Shown here piece by piece: positions 24,941-34,245 of a stretch of DNA of 64,000 nucleotides; positions within the stretch are counted from its first letter, which is position 1, and each line of letters begins with the position of its first letter. Location: assembly GCA_031408395.1 (NCBI GenBank), contig JANNWO010000074.1, positions 234-64,233 of the forward strand, in the 5' to 3' direction. This DNA is from Sphingomonadales bacterium (GTDB lineage: Bacteria; Pseudomonadota; Alphaproteobacteria; Sphingomonadales; Sphingomonadaceae). Under the pieces are notes generated by a model, which was not told where the DNA came from, searched no databases, and worked only from the letters and a program-made list of their open reading frames with translations. The position numbers and the translations under genes are program-made.

Positions 24941-26023
24941 TCAGGCCGCGAGCGCATATTCCGCCAGCACGGTATCGACGTCGCCGAACAGGCGGGCGAG
25001 CACCAGCACACGCTTCATTGCGTGGCCGATCGCGAGTTCGTCGGTGATCCCCATGCCGCCGTGCATCTGCACCGCTTCGCGCGCGATCGCGTCAACATTG
25101 TCGCCGATATAAGCCTTGGCCCCGGCGGCGGCGCGCTGCCACTTGGCAGCGTCGGCGCGGTCAGTGAGCGCGGCACGATAGAGCATCGAGCGCGCCTGCT
25201 CCTCCTTGGCGTAGCAATCGACAAGGCGGTGCTGGAGCGCCTGAAAGCTGCCGATCGCAACGCCGAACTGCTCGCGCTCCTTCACGTAGGTCAGCGTGTC
25301 GTCGAGCAGGCGCTGGCCGAGGCCGACCATCTCGGCGGCGGCATAGAGGCGCAGCTCCGAGGCAATGGCGGCCAGGCCGTCCGCATCGAGTGCCAGCTTG
25401 GCCGAGGCGGCTGTGCGGGTCAGCTTGATCTCGCCCGCAATGCTCCCATCGGCGAGGCGATAGGCGCGGACCTTAAGGCCTGGCGCGCCCTTCGGCACGA
25501 GGAAGCATGCAGTCTCGCCGGCGAGGTCGGCGGTGACGATGAACAGGTCGGCAAGCAGCGCGCCCATCACCATGGTCTTTTCGCCCGAGAGGACGAAGCC
25601 GGCGCCTGCGCTTTCGGCCTTCACCCCCTTGGCCTTGAGGCTGTAGCGCTGGCCGCGCTCGGTCCACGCTAGGGTGGCGATGGTCTCGCCGGAGATCACG
25701 CCGTCAAGCGCCGCGCTCGCGCCGCCGCGCTCCAGAAGCATTGCGGGCAAGATGCCGTGTTCGAGCAGCGGGTCGGGCGCATTGGCCTTGCCGATCGCCT
25801 CGGCGACCAGCGCCAGATCGACCGCCGAGCCGCCCATGCCCCCTGCCTCCTCGCCGGCCGCAAGTGCAATCAGGCCCATCTCCGCCAGCTGCTGCCAGCG
25901 CGCGCGGTCGTAGCCGGTGGGCGAGAGGCGCAAGCGGCGACGCGCTTCGACATCGACCGGCGCGGCGAACCGCTCGACCGAGGTCACGAACATCTGTTGT
26001 TCTTCGGAAAGGTCGAAATTCAT
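24941..26023 (-). CDS. Acyl-CoA dehydrogenase family protein (short, 360 aa)
   Basis: MNFDLSEEQQMF N-terminus and a C-terminal HGGMGITDE motif. Confidence 0.8.
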   Translation of the reverse strand: MNFDLSEEQQMFVTSVERFAAPVDVEARRRLRLSPTGYDRARWQQLAEMGLIALAAGEEAGGMGGSAVDLALVAEAIGKANAPDPLLEHGILPAMLLERGGASAALDGVISGETIATLAWTERGQRYSLKAKGVKAESAGAGFVLSGEKTMVMGALLADLFIVTADLAGETACFLVPKGAPGLKVRAYRLADGSIAGEIKLTRTAASAKLALDADGLAAIASELRLYAAAEMVGLGQRLLDDTLTYVKEREQFGVAIGSFQALQHRLVDCYAKEEQARSMLYRAALTDRADAAKWQRAAAGAKAYIGDNVDAIAREAVQMHGGMGITDELAIGHAMKRVLVLARLFGDVDTVLAEYALAA

Positions 26024-26028
26024 TTTCG

Positions 26029-27270
26029 TCAGGCTTTCCGCGTGAAGGTGATCGGCAGGTGCGTCACTCCGCGCAGCAGGATGTTGGGAAGGATGCGGAT
26101 CGCGTTCTCGTCGGCGACCGCGAAGTTATCGAGCCGCTCGAGCAGCTCGTCGAAGGCGACGACCATCTCCTTGCGGCTGAGCATGTTGCCGACACACATA
26201 TGCGGCCCCTTGCCGAAGCTGAGGTGGGTCCGGGCGTTGGTCCGCTCGATGTCGAAGCGGTCGGGATCGGGGAATTTCTTGGGATCGCGATTGGCCGCGG
26301 CATAGCGCAGCTGCAACACGGCGCCCGCCGGAATGGATACGCCGCCCAATTCGGTGTCCGCTTTGACGATCCGCCACATCCCCGCGGTAGGCGTTTCGTA
26401 GCGCAATGCTTCCTCCACCAGGTTACCGAGCAGCTTGGGATCGCGCCCGCCGGCCGCCGCCTTGGCCTTGGCCATCTGATCAGGGTTGCGGATCAGCTGG
26501 AGCAGTCCTCCCGCCAGCGTCGAGGTGGTTGTCTCGTTCCCAGCCACCATGAATTGCTGCATCAGCGACATGATCTCGGGGTCGATAAGCGGCGTTTCGC
26601 CTTCGACCCGCGCTTCGACGAGGTCGGTCAGGAGATCGTTGCCGCCATTCGCCCGGCGGTCGTCAATCAGGCCCTTGATGTAGTGCTGGAACTCGACGAG
26701 GCTGCTGGCGCATTCGAGTTTGCGCTGGTGATCGACCATCTGGCTGAAGCGGTCGACCGCCGCGTCAGACCAGCGCTTCACCCGCGCGGGATCGTCATCA
26801 AGCCCGATCTGCCCGGCGATCATCGCGACCGGTAGCGGTACGCCGAACTCCTCGACAAATTCGCATGCCCCCCGATCGGCAAAGGCTTCGATCAGCTCGA
26901 TCGACTTGGTGCGCATGTCTGCCTCGATTGCGTTCACGCGCGGGGCCGAGAAGGCGAGGTTAACGAGCTTGCGGTTACGGGTGTGGACCGGGTGGTCGGC
27001 GGTCAGCAGGGTGGGGAGGTCTGGCCAGCCCTCGGCGAGGATCGCCTGGATGTCCTCGTCCGCCTCGCGCCCCATCAGCGCGGTGAAATCGTTCGAGAAG
27101 ACCTCGGGTTTGGCCGCCGCCTCGCTGCATAGGTCGTAGGAATAGACGACCCAGGTGTTCATCCCCTCGAGGTGCTCGATGGCAATGCCGGCCTCGTGTA
27201 CCGCGCGGTAGTAATCGAACGGATCAATCAACGTTTCAGGCGCGAACACGTTGCCTTCGGGCTTGTTCAT
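26029..27270 (-). CDS. Cytochrome P450 (copy 1)
   Basis: Heme-thiolate loop FGKGPHMCVGNML, I-helix AGNETT, and ETP/EALR motif. Confidence 0.9.
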   Translation of the reverse strand: MNKPEGNVFAPETLIDPFDYYRAVHEAGIAIEHLEGMNTWVVYSYDLCSEAAAKPEVFSNDFTALMGREADEDIQAILAEGWPDLPTLLTADHPVHTRNRKLVNLAFSAPRVNAIEADMRTKSIELIEAFADRGACEFVEEFGVPLPVAMIAGQIGLDDDPARVKRWSDAAVDRFSQMVDHQRKLECASSLVEFQHYIKGLIDDRRANGGNDLLTDLVEARVEGETPLIDPEIMSLMQQFMVAGNETTTSTLAGGLLQLIRNPDQMAKAKAAAGGRDPKLLGNLVEEALRYETPTAGMWRIVKADTELGGVSIPAGAVLQLRYAAANRDPKKFPDPDRFDIERTNARTHLSFGKGPHMCVGNMLSRKEMVVAFDELLERLDNFAVADENAIRILPNILLRGVTHLPITFTRKA

Positions 27271-27371
27271 GTCAGGCGGCTCCAGACCCTTGGAAATTAT
27301 GGAGCAAGCCTAGCCACGACCCCGCCTCCTACGCGATGCACGTTTCTGTTAGGGTTGCAGACAAAGCATAG

Positions 27372-27746
27372 TCAGCCGGCAAATTCGCGCTGAAATTCAA
27401 TCATGTCGAAATAGTCGCGCCATGCGGTGATGAGGCCGTCGTCACCGATTTCAAAGGTGCCCATCACCCGGATCGCGGCATGCCGGCCGTCCTTGAAAGT
27501 GAACCCGTCGGTCCGTTCGGTGAGGACGGTGCTGCCGTTCGCTGCGATGGCGTGAACCTGCCAGTCGCACGCGGCGATGTTTGCGAGGAAACCTTCGACC
27601 ATGCCGCGCATAGCCGACGTGCCCTCAATCGGCTCCATCGGGATGTTGTGGTAGACGATCCCGTCCGCACACAGGCCGAGCATCGCCTCGATGTCGCATT
27701 CATTCCAGTGGCCGATAAAGGCTGTGACGGTGTCAATCGGGCTCAT
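27372..27746 (-). CDS. Limonene-1,2-epoxide-hydrolase-like NTF2-fold protein
   Basis: 124 aa. SnoaL/LEH-like pattern (F...WN..D.......D.I.YHNIPM). Its start overlaps the stop of the preceding ThuA-like gene. Confidence 0.6.
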   Translation of the reverse strand: MSPIDTVTAFIGHWNECDIEAMLGLCADGIVYHNIPMEPIEGTSAMRGMVEGFLANIAACDWQVHAIAANGSTVLTERTDGFTFKDGRHAAIRVMGTFEIGDDGLITAWRDYFDMIEFQREFAG

Positions 27747-28519
27747 GGCGTCTCTCCTGCTACATATTCGAGGGCGTTGGCGAGCAGCTGGCGCACATGC
27801 GGGTTGGCGTAGGTGACGGGGCTGTCGCCGAACTGAAGATAGACCAGCGGCGCCGCGCCGACCCTCTTGTGCCAGCCGACAAGGTTGCTCCCGGGCGGGT
27901 GGTCCCAGCCCTCGTTTGAGAAGAGCGTGCCCGAGATGCCGAGCGCGGCGGAGTAGAAGTGCTTGGCGTCGAAGCTGTAGTCGGAACGCACGAGCGGCTC
28001 GACCTCGTGCTCAAAGACCTGCGCAAGGTAAAGCTCGTCGGTGACGGTGAAGTGGCTCGGCAGGCCCGCAGTGACGGGGTGATTGGCAACGATGGACGCG
28101 GTGTATCGGGCCTCGTGGCGGTAGCCCGAATCCAGCGTCGGTGTCCCTCGCACTTCGCCCGGAGTGTAGAGGAACCGCCCGCCGAGCATGTCGTGCCATT
28201 CGGGCCAATCCGCCCAGCCGGCGAGTGCGTGGTGCATCGCGACCGCGCCGCGCCCGGTGGCGAAGCGCTCGACAATCGCGCGGCGGAACGCCTCTGACGG
28301 CGGGCGTGAGGTCACCCAATTATCGGCGAAAGTGTAGCCGCCCATGTCGTAGAACAGCACCGCGTCGGCCTCGAGCGCGCGGCCGCTTCCCACCGCCTCC
28401 TCGGCTTCGGGATGCATCAGGTGGGTGATCTCCCAGTCGCCGAGGCTCGCCAGCAGCTCGGCAAAGGCGCGGCGGTCGTAGGCATGGCCGCCCGACAGGA
28501 CGAGGAGATCGCGGGCCAC
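27743..28519 (-). CDS. ThuA domain protein (copy 2)
   Basis: FTVTDELY motif. 258 aa. Confidence 0.65.
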   Translation of the reverse strand: MARDLLVLSGGHAYDRRAFAELLASLGDWEITHLMHPEAEEAVGSGRALEADAVLFYDMGGYTFADNWVTSRPPSEAFRRAIVERFATGRGAVAMHHALAGWADWPEWHDMLGGRFLYTPGEVRGTPTLDSGYRHEARYTASIVANHPVTAGLPSHFTVTDELYLAQVFEHEVEPLVRSDYSFDAKHFYSAALGISGTLFSNEGWDHPPGSNLVGWHKRVGAAPLVYLQFGDSPVTYANPHVRQLLANALEYVAGETP

Positions 28520-28523
28520 GACG

Positions 28524-29534
28524 TCAGACGATCTTGAGGATCATCTTGCCGTCGTTCGTGCCCGCGAACAGCCGCATGAAGCTGTCGAAGGCGTGCTCCA
28601 GCCCCTCGTCGACATGCTCGTCGATGGTCAGTTTCCCCTGCGCTGCCCAGACGCCCATCTGTTGCGCGCCCTCGGCGAAGCGCGGGACGTAATCGGCCAC
28701 CAGCAGCCCGCGGATGTGCGCCCGCTTGACGATCAGCTGCCACAGGTTGCGGATGCCGCGCGGCTCAGTGTTGTATTCGCTGATCAGCCCGCACAGCCCG
28801 ACGCGTGAATGCAGGTTGAGGTTCATCAGCCCGGCATCGAGGATGATCCCGCCGACGTTCTCGAAAATCACGTCGACGCCGTCCGGGCAGGCCTCGGCGA
28901 TAGCAGCAGTGAGTGCCGCCTCGTCCTTGCCCCGGTAGTCGATGGCGGCATCGAAGCCGTATTTCTCGATGAGCCGTGCACATTTGGCAGGCCCGCCCGC
29001 GATCCCGACTGCGCGGCAGCCGTGGATCTTGGCGAGCTGGCCGACTAGGCTCCCCACAGCCCCCGCCGCGCCGGTGACCAGCACGGTTTCGCCAGCCTTT
29101 GGCTCGCACACTTCGAGGAAGCCGAAATAGGCCGTCATCCCGACCGCCCCGAAGATCGACAGGTAGTTCGTGACGCTCGGCACAAGGCTTGGATCGATCG
29201 GCTGGGTAAAGCCGCCCGCGACACCGAGCGAATAGTCCTCAAGCGCGTTGAGGCCCATCACCCACTGGCCGGGTTCGAAGCCCTCCGCGCGGCTTTCCTC
29301 GACCACGCCGATGGTGCTGGCCCGTACCGGATCGCCGAGCGGGATCGGGGGCATGTAATTGCCTGTCGCATCCATCCAGCCCCGCATCGCCGGATCGAGC
29401 GAGGCATAGTGGTTGCGGATCAGGAACTGCCCATCGGTAAGCTCCGGCGTCGGCTCGGTAACGAGTTCGAAGTCTTCCTTGACGGGAGTGCCGTCAGGGC
29501 GGCGCTGGAGGAGAAAGCGGCGGTTGATGGGCAT
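28524..29534 (-). CDS. NADP-dependent MDR oxidoreductase (alkenal/enone reductase-like), copy 1
   Basis: GETVLVTGAAGAVGSLVGQLAK Rossmann motif. 336 aa. Confidence 0.8.
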   Translation of the reverse strand: MPINRRFLLQRRPDGTPVKEDFELVTEPTPELTDGQFLIRNHYASLDPAMRGWMDATGNYMPPIPLGDPVRASTIGVVEESRAEGFEPGQWVMGLNALEDYSLGVAGGFTQPIDPSLVPSVTNYLSIFGAVGMTAYFGFLEVCEPKAGETVLVTGAAGAVGSLVGQLAKIHGCRAVGIAGGPAKCARLIEKYGFDAAIDYRGKDEAALTAAIAEACPDGVDVIFENVGGIILDAGLMNLNLHSRVGLCGLISEYNTEPRGIRNLWQLIVKRAHIRGLLVADYVPRFAEGAQQMGVWAAQGKLTIDEHVDEGLEHAFDSFMRLFAGTNDGKMILKIV

Positions 29535-29556
29535 AATTGTCCTTAGATTGAAATGC

Positions 29557-31695
29557 TCAGGCCGGTTCCAGCTTTACCGGAATCGCACTTTGCAGGCTCT
29601 GCCCGGTGATCGGATCGTAGTCGACAACTTCGCTGACCAGCCGATTGGTGGATGAACCGCGTTCGCGAACATCCTCCTTAGTCGCGTCGGCATCGCCATA
29701 GGCGTGCGCCATCGAGACGATCCCGCGCCGCACCTTGTCGCTCGCCTTGACTACGCCGTGGATGGTGGCGTGGGGGCTTGTGATTGCGACTAGCCCACCT
29801 TCTTCCAACCCCAGCGCCGCGATGTCATCGGGGTGGATATAGGCCGGGTTGGTGGTGGTCTTGGCCTGGAGCTTCTTGAGCGGATGGCCGATCGAGTTGA
29901 AGCGCGTCTTCGAGCGCCGCGAGATCAGGCGGAAATCGAATCCTTCGCGGGCCGTGCGGTTGTCGGCGTACTTGCCGATTTCCGAGGGCATTGCGCCCAC
30001 CGCCAGATCGAAGCGGTGGAACTGGGTTTCGTCGACCGGCTCCACGACCGGGTGCTGTTCCGGATAGAACACCGCTGCCCCGTCATTGGCGCGGCAATCC
30101 TCGCGCACCTGGCTGGGCGGTACGAGGCAGCCGGTCACCGCGAGGTCGAGGAACTCCTGCTTGGTCGGCTTGCGATCCATTGGCAGCGGACCGCCGCCCA
30201 GCACTATCTGGATCCCGAGATGATGCGCGAGTGTCCAGAACATCTCGTATTCGTCGATGACATCGCCCGGCGCCTCGACCACCGCTTCGGTGTAACGGGC
30301 GTAGGGCTCCTCGTGCCACCATTCCGACAGGCTGGTGATATCCTCCCGCTCGAGGCATTGCGAGGGCGCGAGCACCACGTCGGCACGCTTGGCGCTGGCG
30401 CTCATCCACGGGTCGATCTGCACGAACAGCTCGAGATCATCCAATGCGCGCACCATCTTGGCCTGGTCGGGGAAGCCCACGACGGGGTTGCCGCCGACCG
30501 AGATCAGCGCGCGTACCTGGCCTTCGCCGGGGGTGAGGATCTCGTCGGCAAGCACATTGCAGGGCATTTCCCAGCCAAGGTGACCGAGCCCGCGGAAGCG
30601 CGACTTCGGCATGCCTTCCGCGCCGAACATCGGCACGGGTGGGCCGACCTGCGCGCGGCGCGCGGTCTGGTAGGGGCTGAACACGCCGGGGATCGCCGCC
30701 TTCTCGCCCTCCTGCTTGAAGCGGGCACAGATCGTGTTGAGGCACACCACCAAGTACTCGGTAAGCGTCCCATTGCCCGCCATTTCCGGGCCGGTGCCGG
30801 TGACCGCGCAGCCCTTGGAGCCGCTTGCGAACATTCGCGCGGCGGCGATCAGCTGGTCCTTGTCGAGCCCGGCCCGCTCGGCCGCGACCTCGGGCGGGAA
30901 GGCCTTCACCGCCTCGGCGAGTTCGTCGAACCCGTCCACGTGGGCGGCGACGAAGTTGCGGTCATACAGGCCTTCGGCGATGATCACATTGAGCATCCCT
31001 GCGAGCATCGCCGGATCCTCGCCCGGCTTCACGGGGAGGTGGATATCGGCGAGCCGCGCCACGTCGCTCTCACGCGGGTCGGCGACGATCAGCTTGAGGC
31101 CCTTGGCCTGCTGATCGCGGATGCGGCGCGAGGGGCTGAAGGGCGGCACGCCCCCCACGGGCGAATAATGCGATACAATCGGGTTGTTGCCGATGAACAT
31201 GGCAACGTCGCTTTCCGAGAAGGTGTTCGGCCCCGCCATCCACTTCCCGTACCGCTGCGTGGTGAAGACCTTGGCCGGCTGGTCGAGCGTCACCGAGGTG
31301 TAAAAATTGCGGCTCCCCACGGCTTGCGCAAAGCTCACCGAGGCCGACATCGCGGCGCTGTTCTGAAATCCGCCCGATCCCATGAAGACGGCGACCGAGT
31401 GCGGGCCGTGGGTGTCGATGATCCGGCGCAACTCGCTTGCAACGTGGGCCAAGGCCTCCGGCATCGGCGTTTCGACGAATTCGCCCACGGCGTTCCTCAC
31501 CAGCGAGTGATGCAGGCGGTTTTCCGAATTGTGCGAATCCGGCAGCTCGCGGCCCTTCATGCAGGTGTAGCCGCCGTATGCGGGATCATCGGGATCGCCG
31601 CGCACTTCGACGACCTTACCGCCTTCGACATCCACTTCCATCGCGCAATTGGCATGGCAGAAACGGCAGAAGGTCTTGTGAGTCTGAACGCCCAT
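29557..31695 (-). CDS. Molybdopterin (bis-MGD) oxidoreductase, cytoplasmic single-subunit type
   Basis: N-terminal 4Fe-4S motif CRFCHANCAMEV...C. 712 aa with a MopB-like body and a C-terminal beta-barrel region. No twin-arginine signal. Confidence 0.85.
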   Translation of the reverse strand: MGVQTHKTFCRFCHANCAMEVDVEGGKVVEVRGDPDDPAYGGYTCMKGRELPDSHNSENRLHHSLVRNAVGEFVETPMPEALAHVASELRRIIDTHGPHSVAVFMGSGGFQNSAAMSASVSFAQAVGSRNFYTSVTLDQPAKVFTTQRYGKWMAGPNTFSESDVAMFIGNNPIVSHYSPVGGVPPFSPSRRIRDQQAKGLKLIVADPRESDVARLADIHLPVKPGEDPAMLAGMLNVIIAEGLYDRNFVAAHVDGFDELAEAVKAFPPEVAAERAGLDKDQLIAAARMFASGSKGCAVTGTGPEMAGNGTLTEYLVVCLNTICARFKQEGEKAAIPGVFSPYQTARRAQVGPPVPMFGAEGMPKSRFRGLGHLGWEMPCNVLADEILTPGEGQVRALISVGGNPVVGFPDQAKMVRALDDLELFVQIDPWMSASAKRADVVLAPSQCLEREDITSLSEWWHEEPYARYTEAVVEAPGDVIDEYEMFWTLAHHLGIQIVLGGGPLPMDRKPTKQEFLDLAVTGCLVPPSQVREDCRANDGAAVFYPEQHPVVEPVDETQFHRFDLAVGAMPSEIGKYADNRTAREGFDFRLISRRSKTRFNSIGHPLKKLQAKTTTNPAYIHPDDIAALGLEEGGLVAITSPHATIHGVVKASDKVRRGIVSMAHAYGDADATKEDVRERGSSTNRLVSEVVDYDPITGQSLQSAIPVKLEPA

Positions 31696-31831
31696 CGTCT
31701 CTCTCCCAAATATTGGGCGAGACTACCACAGGGGGCGAGGCACTCGACTGACACTTTTGTCCGTGGAGAGGTGCGGCTCGCGCTCGCAATAGGGCAGGGA
31801 AAGTATAGTCCAAATTCCGGAGAGAAACCCG

Positions 31832-32836
31832 ATGCCCACCACCACCCGCCAATGGCTCCTGAACGGACATCCGCGCGGCCGCGGGATCGAGATCGAGAAC
31901 GATTTCAAGCTCGTCACCACCGATCTGCCCGATCCGGGCCCCGGCGAGATGCTGCTGAAGATGCACTATCTGGGCTTCGATCCGGCGCAGAAGGGCTGGA
32001 TGGAGAACATCGCCGACTACGTCGCACCTATGGCGATCGGCGACGTGATGCGCGGTAGCGGCATCGCCGAAGTCGTGGCTTCGAACGGCGGGCGCTATGC
32101 TGTCGGCGACACGCTGTTCGGCACAACCGGCTGGACCGAATACCTCGTGACCGACGGCAAGGAACTGACCAAGGTCGAAACCGATCTGTCGCCCACCGCC
32201 GTCCTGTCAGTGCTGGGGACCACCGGGCTCACCGCCTATTGCGGACTGTTCAAGGTCGGCAAACCGGTCGCGGGCGATACCGTACTGGTGAGCGGCGCGG
32301 CGGGCGCGACGGGGAGCATCGTCGGCCAGTTGGCCAAGCTCGCAGGGTGCCGCGTGGTCGGGATCGCGGGCGGCCAGGACAAGTGCGACTGGCTGGTGCG
32401 CGAGGCGGGCTATGACGCGGCGATCGACTACAAGGCGGGCGGCGTGAAGGAGCAGATCCGCGAACATTGCCCGCGCGGTGTTGACGTGATTTACGACAAT
32501 GTCGGCGGCAAGATTCTCAACGACATGCTCGCCTGTATCGCCACCAATGCCCGCGTGGTGATCTGTGGCGGGATTAGCCGCTACGAAACTGGCAGCTTGC
32601 CAGCGGGGCCGGAGAACTACTTCAACCTCGTCTTCCGCCGGGGCACCATGGCGGGCTTCATCGTCCTCGACTGGGCGAGCGAATTCCCGGCGATCCGCAA
32701 GCGGCTGGAGGGCTTCGTCAAGGACGGTAGCCTCAAGTATCAGGAGGACATCCAGCACGGCTTCGAGAACGCACCGCAGACGTTGCAGCGCCTGTTCAGC
32801 GGCCTGAACCGCGGGAAGCAGATGCTGAAGCTCTGA
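31832..32836 (+). CDS. NADP-dependent MDR oxidoreductase (alkenal/enone reductase-like), copy 2
   Basis: GDTVLVSGAAGATGSIVGQLAK. 334 aa. Paralogous in layout to 28524..29534. Confidence 0.8.
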   Translation: MPTTTRQWLLNGHPRGRGIEIENDFKLVTTDLPDPGPGEMLLKMHYLGFDPAQKGWMENIADYVAPMAIGDVMRGSGIAEVVASNGGRYAVGDTLFGTTGWTEYLVTDGKELTKVETDLSPTAVLSVLGTTGLTAYCGLFKVGKPVAGDTVLVSGAAGATGSIVGQLAKLAGCRVVGIAGGQDKCDWLVREAGYDAAIDYKAGGVKEQIREHCPRGVDVIYDNVGGKILNDMLACIATNARVVICGGISRYETGSLPAGPENYFNLVFRRGTMAGFIVLDWASEFPAIRKRLEGFVKDGSLKYQEDIQHGFENAPQTLQRLFSGLNRGKQMLKL

Positions 32837-32851
32837 CGCCTAAGGCCGGGG

Positions 32852-33367
32852 TCAGGCCGGGGGCAAGTCCTCCGGCCGGTTGACGTTCATCAGCGGGCGA
32901 GGGAGGTCGATCCGCCGTGCGCCGGTATAGTCGGCGAAGCGATACAGCGACCGGCCGCCCTCTGCGAGAAACGCTTCCAACGCGCCGCCAGCCTCGGCCG
33001 GCCAGAGCCCGACGACCGGCTGGCTTTCGACGATAGCCGCGCCCTCTCCCGCCAGTGTCGCGGCGAGATCGGCTGGCAAATCAGGTACATCCACCCCGGC
33101 AGAGAGCACGTGGGTAAAGCCGCACTCCCGCGCATGGCGCAGCGCGGCGGCAAGGCCGCCCAATGGGCCTAGCCCCGCCTCGGGCCAGTCAGGGATGCAG
33201 GCGAATCCCCGCTCCTCGCGCCCGCAGACGACCAGCGCCTCGCACTGGGCCAGCAGCGCCGCCGCAACCCCGTCAATCAGCCGCTCGCCCGCATACAGCG
33301 CCTGCGCCTTGTCGCTGCCGAACCGCCGCGCCTGTCCGCCGGCGAGGATTGCGCCAAGGAGTTTCAG
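32852..33367 (-). CDS. mobA: Molybdenum cofactor guanylyltransferase MobA; non-canonical or unresolved start
   Basis: Frame is open from 33367. Translation LKLLGAILAGGQARRFGSDKAQA... matches the MobA N-terminal GAILAGG..R.G.DK motif. The only candidate start at the 5' end of the open frame is CTG 33367, directly after an in-frame TGA. The track lists only the TTG-initiated C-terminal 103 aa. Confidence 0.7.
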   Translation of the reverse strand: MKLLGAILAGGQARRFGSDKAQALYAGERLIDGVAAALLAQCEALVVCGREERGFACIPDWPEAGLGPLGGLAAALRHARECGFTHVLSAGVDVPDLPADLAATLAGEGAAIVESQPVVGLWPAEAGGALEAFLAEGGRSLYRFADYTGARRIDLPRPLMNVNRPEDLPPA

Positions 33368-33705
33368 TCAAATGCCTCGCTGGCGACGCCTTGGTCGTTG
33401 TAGACCGGGCTTTCCGCGTCCACCCGGTACTTGGCGCTGACCGCCCCGGTGATGCCGAACTGTCCGATGTGATCGCGCATCCCGGTGTAGGCAGGGTCGA
33501 GGAAATGCGCAGCGAGCGCCTCCGCGCTTTCCCACTCTTCGAACACATTGACGCGCGCCGGGTTCATCGAGCAGGCGCTCCAGTCGTAGTGGATGCAGCC
33601 CTTCTCGGCGAGCGCCGCTGCGATATGCGGGCGGGCGGTGCGCAGGGCTTCCTCGCGCTGGGCGGGATCGAGGTCGATCTGCGCGGAAATCAGGATTTTA
33701 GCCAT
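33364..33705 (-). CDS. Antibiotic-biosynthesis-monooxygenase (ABM) domain protein
   Basis: Internal ATG at 33705 (MAKILISAQIDLDP). The F.E.W.S.EAL..H motif is present as VFEEWESAEALAAH. Confidence 0.7.
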   Translation of the reverse strand: MAKILISAQIDLDPAQREEALRTARPHIAAALAEKGCIHYDWSACSMNPARVNVFEEWESAEALAAHFLDPAYTGMRDHIGQFGITGAVSAKYRVDAESPVYNDQGVASEAFD

Positions 33706-33710
33706 CGTAA

Positions 33711-34121
33711 TCAGCCCTCCGCGCCAAATTCGGCGATGATTTTGAACTTGCGGCTGGTGAACAGCCATTGCCCGCCGATCTTGGCGAGCTCGTCTTCATA
33801 AAGCCCGCCGACATGGCGCGCCTTGCCCTCCTTGGGCTTCAGGATTTCCTGTGTCTGCACGCGGGATTTTGCCGTGTTTCCCGTGACTTCGATCATGCAA
33901 GGCACGCAGTGAAAGCTCACCGCCTCAAGGCCCCCCATTGCCCCGTTCCAGAAGGCAACGATCGCGTCCTTGCCCTTGGTCTGGTGGCCCATCAGGTCCC
34001 AGTCGGCGTCGTCCGCCCACACGCTGCCCCATGTGTCCGCATCGATCCGCACTACGCCATCGGCATAGACGCCGTTCAACTCCTGGATCGCTACGCGATC
34101 TTCGAGGGGCCCTGTAAACAT
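33711..34121 (-). CDS. NTF2-fold (SnoaL-like) protein
   Basis: 136 aa. IQELNGVYADGVVRIDADTW..W.DDADW pattern. Confidence 0.6.
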   Translation of the reverse strand: MFTGPLEDRVAIQELNGVYADGVVRIDADTWGSVWADDADWDLMGHQTKGKDAIVAFWNGAMGGLEAVSFHCVPCMIEVTGNTAKSRVQTQEILKPKEGKARHVGGLYEDELAKIGGQWLFTSRKFKIIAEFGAEG

Positions 34122-34245
34122 CGCTTGCTCTCCCTTTGTTGGGAGCGGCTATCGGCCCCGAGGGGTGCCAGCGACAATGCCCACTTTTGGCAAGGGTGAG
34201 CACAGGCCCGCCCGTGTTATTCGCACGGGGGAGAGGAGACACGAG

